From assembly GCA_963729045.1 (NCBI GenBank), contig CAVSMN010000009.1:32001-96000 (forward strand): a stretch of 64,000 nucleotides of DNA, written 5' to 3'. This stretch comes from an uncultured Nitrososphaeraceae archaeon. Lineage in GTDB: Archaea; Thermoproteota; Nitrososphaeria; Nitrososphaerales; Nitrososphaeraceae. A program made the translations under genes and the position numbers. Below are positions 21,152 to 31,053 of this stretch, piece after piece (position 1 is the first letter of the stretch; every line of letters begins with the position of its first letter). The notes below the pieces were generated by a model. It made no database searches, had not been told where the DNA came from, and was given only the letters and a program-made list of their open reading frames with translations.

Positions 21152-21515
21152 CGGTCACAAAAGGTTTATAGTAGATTATAAAGTTTTTCCTTTTTTGCTT
21201 AAAAATTTCAATCAAAATGAATAGATTAATAAAATTATCATAAAATTTTGATTTTTTGATTAACAGATTTTAAAACATACAATTATTAAGGTTTATAATT
21301 TTGATTCCTTCGAATGTGTAGAAAATTATGCTGATTTATTCTATATAGGGATTGGTTGCCAAAGTAGAAGTTAGAATTAAGGAAAAAATTTTGCAATTGT
21401 AGTAACTCTCATTTCAGTCACTTAGGATAATGAAAAATTAATCGGAGAACAGTATCTGATTTTAAGTATCTCTATCTCTAAGAACAAAAAAATGATAAAT
21501 TATCTTTCTTTTTGT

Positions 21516-21854
21516 TTACTTATTGAAATTTAAGAAATTTTCCCAAAAATTCTTGAATTCCAGTTTCTTTGTTTCAAAGCTTCCCTTATCTGTCAATTGA
21601 GATTGAGGTTCAAAGCTTCCCTTATCTGTCAATTGAGATTGAGTGGTATTAGCTGTGGAATTTTCAGACAAACCTGTATGACAGGATTGACCATTGTTAC
21701 AGGTAGTTACAACACAGGTATCGTTTCTACAATTTTTTTCGTAATATGTAGAACTACTACTATTGCTATTAAGCGAATATCCATAAGGAACTTGAACTAC
21801 GGAAAACCCAATAACTAATATTAGCATAAAAATAAGATAGGCATTCATTAACAA
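21516..21854 (-). CDS. Small secreted protein with four Cys and a 12-aa duplication
   Basis: Signal-like N-terminus; CRNDTCVVTTCNNGQSC; 36-nt-period direct repeat at 21573-21643. Confidence 0.6.
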   Translation of the reverse strand: MLMNAYLIFMLILVIGFSVVQVPYGYSLNSNSSSSTYYEKNCRNDTCVVTTCNNGQSCHTGLSENSTANTTQSQLTDKGSFEPQSQLTDKGSFETKKLEFKNFWENFLNFNK

Positions 21855-21972
21855 AAATTACTGTTCATCGCATTTTTAAATTTTGATGCAATCTAAAAGA
21901 TGATTACTTACTAAATATCAACAATAAGAAATCAAAAAAAATATTATACATAAAATATCACTGAAATAAAAT

Positions 21973-23001
21973 ATGAAAGCCCTTTTCTTTAATAAGCCAG
22001 GCATTGAAAATTTGATCTTTGGTGATTACCAATTACCAGATATGAGAGAAAATGAAGTCTTGGTAGAAACTAAGTGTATTAGTGTCAACCCCATTGACTA
22101 TTATACTATAACCGGAATACACGGAGTAAACGGCCCAGCAATGAAAATAAATCCGTATCCTCATATAGCCGGCTCTGAAATATCGGGGATTGTAAAAAGC
22201 AAAGGCGAGAGAGTAAATAATACAATTAAAGAAGGTGATCGAGTTATAATATATAATAGAGTATTTGACGGAATTTGTAAATATTGTATAAATAATCATC
22301 AAATGCTTTGTGAAAATGGCGGAATGGTAGGTATTTCAAGAAACGGCGGATTTGCAGAATATATTACAGTTCCTCAACAAAATATCATAAAAATTCCCGA
22401 CGAACTAGATTGGGAACTTGCCTCTGGTTTGCCAATAGCCGGCTTAACAGCTTTCAATGCAATACAAGAATCAACACTCAAATCAAAAGATAATCTTGTG
22501 ATATTTGGTGGTTCTGGCAATACCGGCCTTTTTTGTTCCCAATTTGGTAAGATTCTTGATGCGATAACAATATCACTTTCTACTAAACCATGGATTAAGG
22601 AATATGGCGCGGACTACGTTTTACCAATTGACGAGAACCTCAGAGAAAAAATATCAGAGATTACCAATGGAGCCATGGCTGATGTTGTCATAAATTCACT
22701 TGGAGAAAAGACGTGGGCCAAAGGAATGGAGATAGTTGGAAAACTAGGAAAAATAATTACATTTGGTGTACTTACTGGCGGTAACTTATTCATAGATGGC
22801 AGACTATTGTATAATAAACAAATTACAATTAAAGGTACTACTGGAGGATCTGTTGAAGGTTTACTAAACCTTGTAGAAATGGCAAAAGGGCAAGACATTA
22901 GAACCAGAATTTGGAAAAGATATTCTCTTGAGGATTCAAGAATGGCGATAGAAAAGGTTTTTGACAAAAACAAAGAAGGTAGAATCATTATTGAAAACTA
23001 A
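21973..23001 (+). CDS. MDR-family (Zn-ADH/quinone reductase-like) oxidoreductase
   Basis: SVNPID, GSEISG, structural-Zn lobe DGICKYC...LC, GGFAEY, GGSGNTG. Confidence 0.88.
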   Translation: MKALFFNKPGIENLIFGDYQLPDMRENEVLVETKCISVNPIDYYTITGIHGVNGPAMKINPYPHIAGSEISGIVKSKGERVNNTIKEGDRVIIYNRVFDGICKYCINNHQMLCENGGMVGISRNGGFAEYITVPQQNIIKIPDELDWELASGLPIAGLTAFNAIQESTLKSKDNLVIFGGSGNTGLFCSQFGKILDAITISLSTKPWIKEYGADYVLPIDENLREKISEITNGAMADVVINSLGEKTWAKGMEIVGKLGKIITFGVLTGGNLFIDGRLLYNKQITIKGTTGGSVEGLLNLVEMAKGQDIRTRIWKRYSLEDSRMAIEKVFDKNKEGRIIIEN

Positions 23002-23152
23002 CGAATTTCAGTTATGAATCTTCACTAGTAATATAGTATTTAATGAATATTATACAAAGTAATATCATATTACATAATTGAAATCATAATGATACATTCT
23101 AAATTACTAACTAAGGTATTACTTTTATAATAAGAAAAATTATTGATAGTAT

Positions 23153-23464
23153 ATGAATAATCTAGGCAAGTTATCCGTTGTAATGATAGCTATTTTCGTA
23201 GCAGGTAATTCCATATATCCAGTTAGTCAGCTGGTAAACGCACAATTGGATATTTTAGAGACACCTACAAATCCAAATAACACCTCAACAACAACAACAA
23301 CGACAGCAACTGCAAAAGCCGTGGACACTGATAAAAATGCAAAGATAAAAGAAGCATTAGCTAACATATTTGAAATATATCAAGCTCTCGCAGGAAAGGG
23401 TGATGTAGATTCTTTGCTAAAGCTAAATACCATAGAGAGGATATTGATAGAGTTATCGAGATAA
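23153..23464 (+). CDS. Secreted hypothetical protein with a Thr-rich linker
   Basis: Signal peptide ending ..VNAQ; poly-Thr; C-terminal helices. Confidence 0.7.
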   Translation: MNNLGKLSVVMIAIFVAGNSIYPVSQLVNAQLDILETPTNPNNTSTTTTTTATAKAVDTDKNAKIKEALANIFEIYQALAGKGDVDSLLKLNTIERILIELSR

Positions 23465-23551
23465 ATATAATATAATAACTTTAATTTTTTTTTTGTTTTA
23501 ATTTAATAATAATTTTTCGGTTTTATATAAGTAATTAAAAAAAAGAGTGGT

Positions 23552-24800
23552 TTATGTTGTTGTTGTGTTTTGACCTGTAGTTGTAGTGTTTTCACCGTTC
23601 CATGCTAATGGAGTACCAAGCATGTATGGTTTTACATTCACTGGAATGCTGTTTGCACCAGTTGGTGGAATTGCATTTGATGGGTTTGCATCATCAGTCA
23701 AGCCTAATAAGTTGCTTGTACCATTGTCTGGACCATCAACTACAATTAATCCTGCTTGACCTTTGAACAATTGTGAGTAGTCATGGTTTACAAAAGCGTA
23801 AACTCCTGGTTGGTCAAATACTACATCAACAATTGCATCATTAGATCCACCTACTGTGTATGTTTGTTTACCAATTCCGCTAACTATGCTACCATCAGTG
23901 ACTCTGTCAAGTATTTCACCTACAATGTGGAAGTTGGTTGGAAGGTCACCGTGATTAAGTAAGAAGAATCTTACGTGGTCGCCTTGTTTAAAGAACAATG
24001 TTGTTGCATTTGGTGTCTTGGTAATTACTGGATCATATCCAAATGGGATACCATTTATCCATGAAGCAGTTGGAGCATGTGCGAACATTGCTGCGGCATC
24101 ATATTGGCCAGATGGGTCTAGATAGTATTCTGAGAATTGGAATGCAACTTCTTTAGCATCTGGAGATACGTCTGCTGTTGTTAGTGCATTAGTACCATTC
24201 TCTATAGCCTACACCTTCATAACCTGTATAACCATCTACTGGATCAACAATCACAATACCAACCATTCCTTGGAATACGTGTTGGTCCATTGCCAAATAC
24301 AGCATTTCCTTCACAGTGATATTTGAAGACTCCTGGTTGACTTGCAACAAAGGTATATTGCTTTGAATCGCTTACATTAATTGGACCAAAGTTTGGAACT
24401 GCACTTATTGTGGATGCATGATGATCCAAGCTGTGAATCAATGTATTATTTGGATGGTTAATGATATTAACATTCAAAATATCACCTTGAGTTACATCGA
24501 ATAGTTGGTCCTGGGATAGTGACCATTCCATGTTAATGCGGCTACACTTTGACCACTTGGTAATGTGAGATTTTTCTCAATAGCAACAAATGTTACATTT
24601 TTCACTGGTGCTTCACTTTCAGATGCCTCTTCAGTAGAGATCGGTGTGAAAGCTCCGCCCATAACTAAATTCATATTGGCTAATGTTAATTGACCTTGTT
24701 CACTTGATATTGCAAGTGATTTCATGTTTATGCCAGGAAGTAAAATTAATCCGGACATTAGAACAGCTGACAAAGCAAAAATTGCTAGTTTACTCTTCAT
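23552..24800 (-). pseudogene. nirK: AOA-type copper nitrite reductase NirK interrupted by four +1 insertions (pseudogene or sequencing error)
   Basis: Removing single bases at 24521, 24496, 24295-7 and 24208-9 restores one 414-aa ORF with WNGTIPGPTIRVTQGD, HSLDHH, YHCEG, DQHVFQGM, NFHIVGE and FVNHD Cu ligands. Confidence 0.85.
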
Positions 24801-25502
24801 TGAGCTAAATTAGATAGAAGATATTTTTAAACCTTTTGGACATAAGAATTATATAGAAAAATGTATCATTTCCAAAATTTTTATAAATATTTTCAACTAT
24901 TGTAAATAATTCAAAATATCCCTCAAAGAAATAAAATATTGAACAGTTATTAAACATATCAAATATTTTTTATATTTTATAGATTAATTTGAATAAACTT
25001 AGGTATTTCTGGGAGATATATGTCAATTTAGTGTATAAAGGATAGTCGATCAAGGATAATTTCCCATATAAAAGGAGATAACCAGTTCATTCGATTTATT
25101 TCAGATGCTAGAGTTTTCAATAATAATTAATAAAATGTGGATAATTTTGCCTATGAATGAGGTTTGAATTAACTTCTCACAGGGAAGGGCATTATCTAAA
25201 ATATGACGAATATTTCATAATCAATTTCGCATTTAAGTTATAATTGAACAAATTTCTACTCAATTGTGACATAAATAGCTATAGACAGTATACGTAGGTT
25301 ATCCAAGATGTGAGGATGTTACCTAAAACCTTGGTGACGATGTAAAGACTCCGTCAGTTCCAAAAAAATCGCCACCTTATAGAGCAGTATATTGTGACCT
25401 TCTCAGAGAATATGAAGTCAGGTTTTGGATACCACACATATGCATCGGGAAAGACGTATCAAAATAAGTTGAATTTAGCAAAATAATGTGATTTTACATC
25501 TT

Positions 25503-25955
25503 TTAGTCTATTGGATCTTTATTTTCTTTAACCTTTTCCTCTAAATAATCCGGCAACTGCATAATTGGAATATTCAAATATTCAGCAATAGAGCATACTT
25601 GGTATATTTGAAATAGAAATTCTTTTGGATCAATTTCTTCCTTAAAGCAGTGTATAGCCATATTTTCAAGAAATGAGTCCGCTTGTATTTCGGTTAATTT
25701 CAGACCATTTAGTCTATTCTTTAGCCTTATTGATGAAGCGAATCGAGTCAGATCAAGATTGTTCTTTTTCAACAAAACTGCAACAGTCCTCAGCAGGTCC
25801 ATATCTTTTATGCTTTCTCTTTTAGCTTGGACAATAATGTTTGAGACGCTACCATAGCTTATTTCAAGTTCATCTGCAATAATATTACGAGGCTTGGCCT
25901 CAAGCCATGCACTTATTACTCTTTTCTTGATAGCGGATGGAACCTTTTGACCCAT
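25503..25955 (-). CDS. HTH protein, probably C-terminally truncated; mobile-element-like accessory gene
   Basis: RNIIADELEISYGSVSNII HTH; ends where a coiled coil appears to begin (LEEKVKENK). Confidence 0.6.
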   Translation of the reverse strand: MGQKVPSAIKKRVISAWLEAKPRNIIADELEISYGSVSNIIVQAKRESIKDMDLLRTVAVLLKKNNLDLTRFASSIRLKNRLNGLKLTEIQADSFLENMAIHCFKEEIDPKEFLFQIYQVCSIAEYLNIPIMQLPDYLEEKVKENKDPID

Positions 25956-26037
25956 TTGTAATACTAATCTATAAATATTCACATATAATTAAAGAACTCC
26001 ATTACAGCACGAAATACGATAAGAGCAAAATCAGGGT

Positions 26038-26121
26038 ATTTGACCATCATTTGACCATCATTTGACCATCATTTGACCATCATTTGACCATCATTTGACA
26101 CAATCATTTGACCATCATTTC
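26038..26121. repeat. 11-bp tandem repeat ATTTGACCATC x7 (sixth unit has two extra A)
   Basis: Read directly from the sequence; intergenic. Confidence 0.95.
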
Positions 26122-26207
26122 AAGGAATAAGAAAATAAAGTCAAGAATTATTTATTCACAACTCAGAGACTAGTGACACTAATAACCAACGATTGTACGT
26201 TATACTT

Positions 26208-26978
26208 TTAAGATAATTTATTTTTTAATAAATACTTGTGAATCAAAGACCCGTATTGGATAGCTTTCTTAGGATGCATGGCTGCTTCTTTTGGAACACC
26301 TATTCTCATTGCAACCTCTCGCAAAATATGCTTTCTTAACAAATCATCTTGGCCCTTTATTTTATATTCCAAAGGGATAGTTTTTGCATATTCAATAAAT
26401 GCTCTTGATAGAAATGGTTGGTATGATCTAATATTCAGTTCTGCTATCACATTGGAAATTTCTCTCATCATGTGATCTTCATTGGCTAATTTTTCTTCCA
26501 TGTAAGTGGTTACTGAGTCTTCACCATTTTGATAATATGATCTATATCGATCATAGCCACAAAATAACTCATCAAAACCATTGGCGGTTAGGAAAGAATC
26601 TCCTAATTCATGATGTTTTATGATTTTACTAATCTGATAAAAAGCAATACAGTTTTCAATGTGTGAAAGAATGTTACAAGATATTTTTGATTTTACAGAC
26701 TTAATGTCATCTAGGATGTCTCCCTCCTTAATTTCATAAGCTATGTGATTCATAGACAAAGAGAGAGAATTGGAAATAGATTTAGAAAATACAAGGTCAT
26801 GGGAATTGGCAAAACCAATTGTTACTAGGTAGACTTGTTTATCCAGATCTTTACAAATTTTTGCCAATAAAGAACTATCAACCCCTCCAGAAAATGCAAT
26901 TACAATCTTATCAGAATTTTTTATGAACTTTTCTACCGTAGAATACAAATATTGGGTTAATTCGTCGGATATGAGCAC
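26208..26978 (-). CDS. Asparagine synthase C-terminal (PP-loop ATPase) domain protein without a glutaminase domain; likely GTG start at 26978
   Basis: AFSGGVDSSLLA, GFDELFCGY, RKHILR, KKAIQYGS. Confidence 0.85.
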   Translation of the reverse strand: MLISDELTQYLYSTVEKFIKNSDKIVIAFSGGVDSSLLAKICKDLDKQVYLVTIGFANSHDLVFSKSISNSLSLSMNHIAYEIKEGDILDDIKSVKSKISCNILSHIENCIAFYQISKIIKHHELGDSFLTANGFDELFCGYDRYRSYYQNGEDSVTTYMEEKLANEDHMMREISNVIAELNIRSYQPFLSRAFIEYAKTIPLEYKIKGQDDLLRKHILREVAMRIGVPKEAAMHPKKAIQYGSLIHKYLLKNKLS

Positions 26979-27048
26979 TTTTACGTTTGGGTTACCTTTG
27001 AATATATTTGTAATAATTATAATAGAGAGAAAATAAATAAAAATAGAT

Positions 27049-27834
27049 TTGGATAAAGATCTGAAATACATAGGTCAAAGCAAAAACTTAATCAAGAATA
27101 GAACAGGCTATTCAATCTCAAAACTATTGGACTTTCTAGAAATAGAATATAATTACGATAATGTTTTAAATGATTCAAAATTAAGTATAGATTTTAAAAT
27201 TGGAGATAAGTTCATTAAAATAATTGAAAACGATACCGACATGAATGAATTCAAAATCATTCAAGAGAAATTCCCATTTGTAGATATGATTGCGATAGGA
27301 AGATCATCTTACCTAGGCAAAATAAATGAGATGCAGAACATCTTCCTGTTTGACAAAGAAAGTAAACAAGTTGGTTCCATATTTATCGAAGACCCATCAT
27401 TATCCTTTGATTATGCTCACATTTTACCGCTGGTCGAAAAGTGTTCAATAATTCATGGTCATACATCTACTGTCATGGTAGAAATCATCGGGGAAATGAA
27501 GAATAACCTAGTGATCGACTTCTCAGAGGCTAAAAAATTAATAAAAGAAGCTTTATATCAAATCGATCATAAATTTTTTATTAATAGAAAATATCTAAAG
27601 AAGGAAGATAAAGATCACTTTTTTATTGAATTTGATGGTCCAAAAGGATATTTTGATTTAAAAGTTCCAAAATATACAACTTATCTTTTAGAAGGCGAGG
27701 CGACTGTGGAAAATCTTTCCACAGAAATAATAAGAATGCTAGCAGATAAAATGCCTGAGAATGTGCAGGCACTTGGTGTATATATATACGAGGGAGTCAA
27801 TAAAGGTGCTCATATTCTTTCTTATATCCGGTAA
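27049..27834 (+). CDS. queD: 6-carboxytetrahydropterin synthase (QueD/PTPS) with an N-terminal extension
   Basis: FDYAH, C..IHGH, VIDF, DHK, ATVENL, YE T-fold motifs. Confidence 0.85.
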   Translation: MDKDLKYIGQSKNLIKNRTGYSISKLLDFLEIEYNYDNVLNDSKLSIDFKIGDKFIKIIENDTDMNEFKIIQEKFPFVDMIAIGRSSYLGKINEMQNIFLFDKESKQVGSIFIEDPSLSFDYAHILPLVEKCSIIHGHTSTVMVEIIGEMKNNLVIDFSEAKKLIKEALYQIDHKFFINRKYLKKEDKDHFFIEFDGPKGYFDLKVPKYTTYLLEGEATVENLSTEIIRMLADKMPENVQALGVYIYEGVNKGAHILSYIR

Positions 27835-28003
27835 ACCTAATATTGAATAAAATTCTGACACTTTCATTTCAATAGAACTATATTCTAAAATTATTCAAGA
27901 TTCGAACTACGTCTAAAATTCTATTTAGAAGGGTACAGAACTTTCATTGAGACATCTAGGAAGGTTAATAACTAATTAATAAATGAGTATTACAAATTAA
28001 AAA

Positions 28004-30376
28004 TTGAGTTCAAAGATTACAGAAAAGATATGGTCGTCAGATATTGAGAGAAAGATCATAGAAGAATGGAAAGCTAATAATGTTTATGACAACGTTGAAA
28101 CTAATCAGAGTAAAGATGAATATTTTGTAATAGATACACCCCCTCCCTATCCATCAGGAAGACCGTGGCATATTGGTGCAGCTGCTCACTATTCGCAAAT
28201 TGATATGATATCAAGAGTTGCCCGCTTAAAGGGCTTTAAAGTTATTTTTCCGATTGGCGTGGATCGTAATGGCATTCCTGTGGAAATTCATACAGAAAAA
28301 AAATACAAGATCAGAATGAGAAATACAGAAAGGAAAGAATTTTTGAAGTTATGTAAGCTAACTCTTGACGATACTGAAAGTGAATTTATAGAAATTCTCC
28401 AAAGCCTGGGTTTAAGTGCGAATTTTAAACAGAAATACCAGACTGATTCTCCGGATTTCAGAGCTTTTACTCAGTCAACATTCATTGAAATGTGGAACAA
28501 GGGATTAGTATATCTTGGAAATAGACCAAACAACTACTGCATTGATTGTGGTACCACAATAGCAGATGCAGAAATCACATATGAAGATATTGAGACTAAA
28601 TTAGTTTACATAAAATTTTTCTTAGAGAATAGTAATGAATTCATCGTTATTGCCACTACCAGACCAGAACTCCTATTTGCATGTCAAGTGGTAATTGTGA
28701 ATCCAGATGATGAGAGATATATAGAAATGCAAGGAAAGACTTTGAGAATTCCGATCTTTAATAGAGAAGTGAAAATAAGACCACATCACTCTGCTAACAA
28801 AGACTTTGGATCTGGAGCAGTTATGATTTGTAGTTATGGTGACCTAAAGGATGTTCAATTATTCAGAGAATTGGGTCTGATGGAAATTAGATCTATCGAT
28901 TTGAATGGAAAAACAACAGAATTTGCAGGGATGTTTTCCAATTTACGTATAAAGGAAGCAAGAAGTAAAATAATAGACGAGCTAGAAAAGCAAGGATTAG
29001 TAGAAAAGATTGAAATTATTTCCCATAGAACTCCCCTTTGTGAAAGAAGTAAAACCCAGATTGAAATTATTTCTTTGGAAGATTATTATCTAAAACAAGT
29101 TGATTTTAAGTCGAATTTGTTAGAACAATCCAAAGATATAAGATTTTATCCAGAAATGCATAGACAAATCCTATTAAATTGGATAAATTCAATTGCCATA
29201 GACTGGCCTATCTCGAGAAGAAGATTTTATGGAACTGAAATTCCGATATGGTATTGTACAAAATGTAAAAAACCAAACCTTCCTGAACCTGGAAAATATT
29301 ATAGACCCTGGGATGAAACCCCACCATTTGATAAATGCATATCGTGTAATAATGACAAGTTTGAAGGAGAGAAGAAGATTTTTGACACATGGATGGATTC
29401 GAGCATAACCCCTCTTTATATTACGAAATTTTACAAAAATAGAGAAATTTTTAATAAAATTTACCCTGTCTCCATTAGACCTCAAGGAAAAGACATTGTA
29501 AGGACGTGGCTTTACTATACTCTTTTAAGATGCTTGTACCTTACGAACCAAATTCCATGGCAGAGTGCGTGGATAATGGGATATGGAGTTGATGAAAAAG
29601 GGGAGAAAATGAGTAAAAGTAAAGGAAACGTAATTGACCCTCTCCCTATAATTAAAAAATATGGTGCCGATGCATTTAGGTTTTGGTCTGCAAGTGAGAC
29701 AAATGTTGGGTATGATTTTAGATGCTCGGAGCAAAAAATACAAAGTGCGCAAAAATTCTTATCAAAATTGTGGAATATTGGAAGATTCATCTCTAATTTT
29801 GAAATAATTGATGAAAATAATAAACCTCAAGAGCTAAAAGCAACTGATAAATGGATTTTATCAGAACTTGCAAGCATGACCAAAAAATGTCTTGAAGGTT
29901 ATGAAGAATTGAATTTTTTTATCCCCGCTAATGCATTGAGAGAGTTTACATGGAATATTTTTGCCGCCCATTATATTGAAATGATAAAAAGTAGAGCATA
30001 CAACGATGAATCAGAAGAAGAAAGGAAATCAGCTCTATATACAATTCATAAATGTTTTAGAACCATATTGCTTTTGTTAGAACCGATTTCTCCATTCATT
30101 ACATATGAGCTGTGGAAGAAAATCTATGAGGACGGAGAGATGGTTTCAGAGCAAAAAAAAATTCCCTCTGTGGAGAAAGAATATGATGCATTTATTTCAT
30201 CCACACAACACATTATCAAATTCAATTCAGAAATATGGAATAAGAAAAAGGAAACCATTTCTAGTGTTACAAATAAGCCGCTTTCCTTAAAAGACCCTAT
30301 AAAAACACAGATACCCAGCGAACTAGAGTTATTTAAGGATGATTTGATAATGATGCACAATATTATAGTAGAGTAA
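28004..30376 (+). CDS. valS: Valine--tRNA ligase
   Basis: DTPPPYPSG..HIGA, ATTRPE, DWPISR, DTWMDSS, PQGKDI, KMSKSKGN. Confidence 0.95.
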   Translation: MSSKITEKIWSSDIERKIIEEWKANNVYDNVETNQSKDEYFVIDTPPPYPSGRPWHIGAAAHYSQIDMISRVARLKGFKVIFPIGVDRNGIPVEIHTEKKYKIRMRNTERKEFLKLCKLTLDDTESEFIEILQSLGLSANFKQKYQTDSPDFRAFTQSTFIEMWNKGLVYLGNRPNNYCIDCGTTIADAEITYEDIETKLVYIKFFLENSNEFIVIATTRPELLFACQVVIVNPDDERYIEMQGKTLRIPIFNREVKIRPHHSANKDFGSGAVMICSYGDLKDVQLFRELGLMEIRSIDLNGKTTEFAGMFSNLRIKEARSKIIDELEKQGLVEKIEIISHRTPLCERSKTQIEIISLEDYYLKQVDFKSNLLEQSKDIRFYPEMHRQILLNWINSIAIDWPISRRRFYGTEIPIWYCTKCKKPNLPEPGKYYRPWDETPPFDKCISCNNDKFEGEKKIFDTWMDSSITPLYITKFYKNREIFNKIYPVSIRPQGKDIVRTWLYYTLLRCLYLTNQIPWQSAWIMGYGVDEKGEKMSKSKGNVIDPLPIIKKYGADAFRFWSASETNVGYDFRCSEQKIQSAQKFLSKLWNIGRFISNFEIIDENNKPQELKATDKWILSELASMTKKCLEGYEELNFFIPANALREFTWNIFAAHYIEMIKSRAYNDESEEERKSALYTIHKCFRTILLLLEPISPFITYELWKKIYEDGEMVSEQKKIPSVEKEYDAFISSTQHIIKFNSEIWNKKKETISSVTNKPLSLKDPIKTQIPSELELFKDDLIMMHNIIVE

Positions 30377-30414
30377 GAAATTTCTAAAAAAGAAGGTAAA
30401 TAGGCTATTGAGTG

Positions 30415-30783
30415 TTAAGCCTTATTTCCACTAACTATATCCAGAATATCTTCTGCCAAATCAATTACGTTTTGAGACTCTAGGTTAGGCTCTAAAGTAA
30501 TCAACAACATTTTCTTATCTAAATAAAACGTTAGCAGTGATAACTTCTCACGTTCTACATATACAAAACGAGCTCTACCCATAGTATCGTCAAACCTTTC
30601 TCTCATAGACTTTCTAAGGGCAGTATGAGTCAAATACAATTCTTCGCTTGGTTGATCAACAATAGAATCAATTCCGTGACGCATTCCACCAACTATCAAA
30701 GAGCCGGTTTCATCAATTAATCCAGCATAGCGGATACCCTCATTTAGCTCAAAAATAGTATCAATTATTTTTTGGTAGTCCAT
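30415..30783 (-). CDS. Roadblock/longin-like thaumarchaeal small protein
   Basis: IRYAGLID..G.LI.GGMR...MR..FD..MG pattern; related to 39518-39892. Confidence 0.65.
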   Translation of the reverse strand: MDYQKIIDTIFELNEGIRYAGLIDETGSLIVGGMRHGIDSIVDQPSEELYLTHTALRKSMRERFDDTMGRARFVYVEREKLSLLTFYLDKKMLLITLEPNLESQNVIDLAEDILDIVSGNKA

Positions 30784-31053
30784 AAATAAATAGAATAGTC
30801 ACTATTTATTGAATGTTAAGATTATCTTCATGTTTATTTCAATATAATCCAAAAAACATTTTTATTCGAATGTATAGAAATAGTAAAAACTTTGTAATTA
30901 TGAAGATCTTATTATAAGTAAATCTTCTTAATCGTATTAACCTATAACGTATAAACGACATAACTTTTTAATAATTTTTTTGTTAATTAACATATGAGGA
31001 ACAAAAGTATAGAAGAAAGGTATAGAAGAGAAACAGAGGCAAGAAAAGAAGCA

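Noticed and set aside
21152..21515. NrpR-type nitrogen operator or PII gene next to amt
   Set aside because: No GGAA-N6-TTCC seen and no glnB/K ORF adjacent.
23552..24800. Programmed frameshifting in nirK
   Set aside because: Four separate insertions with no slippery heptamers.
25290..25480. Possible IS remnant between nirK and the HTH gene
   Set aside because: No terminal inverted repeats or transposase motifs recognised.
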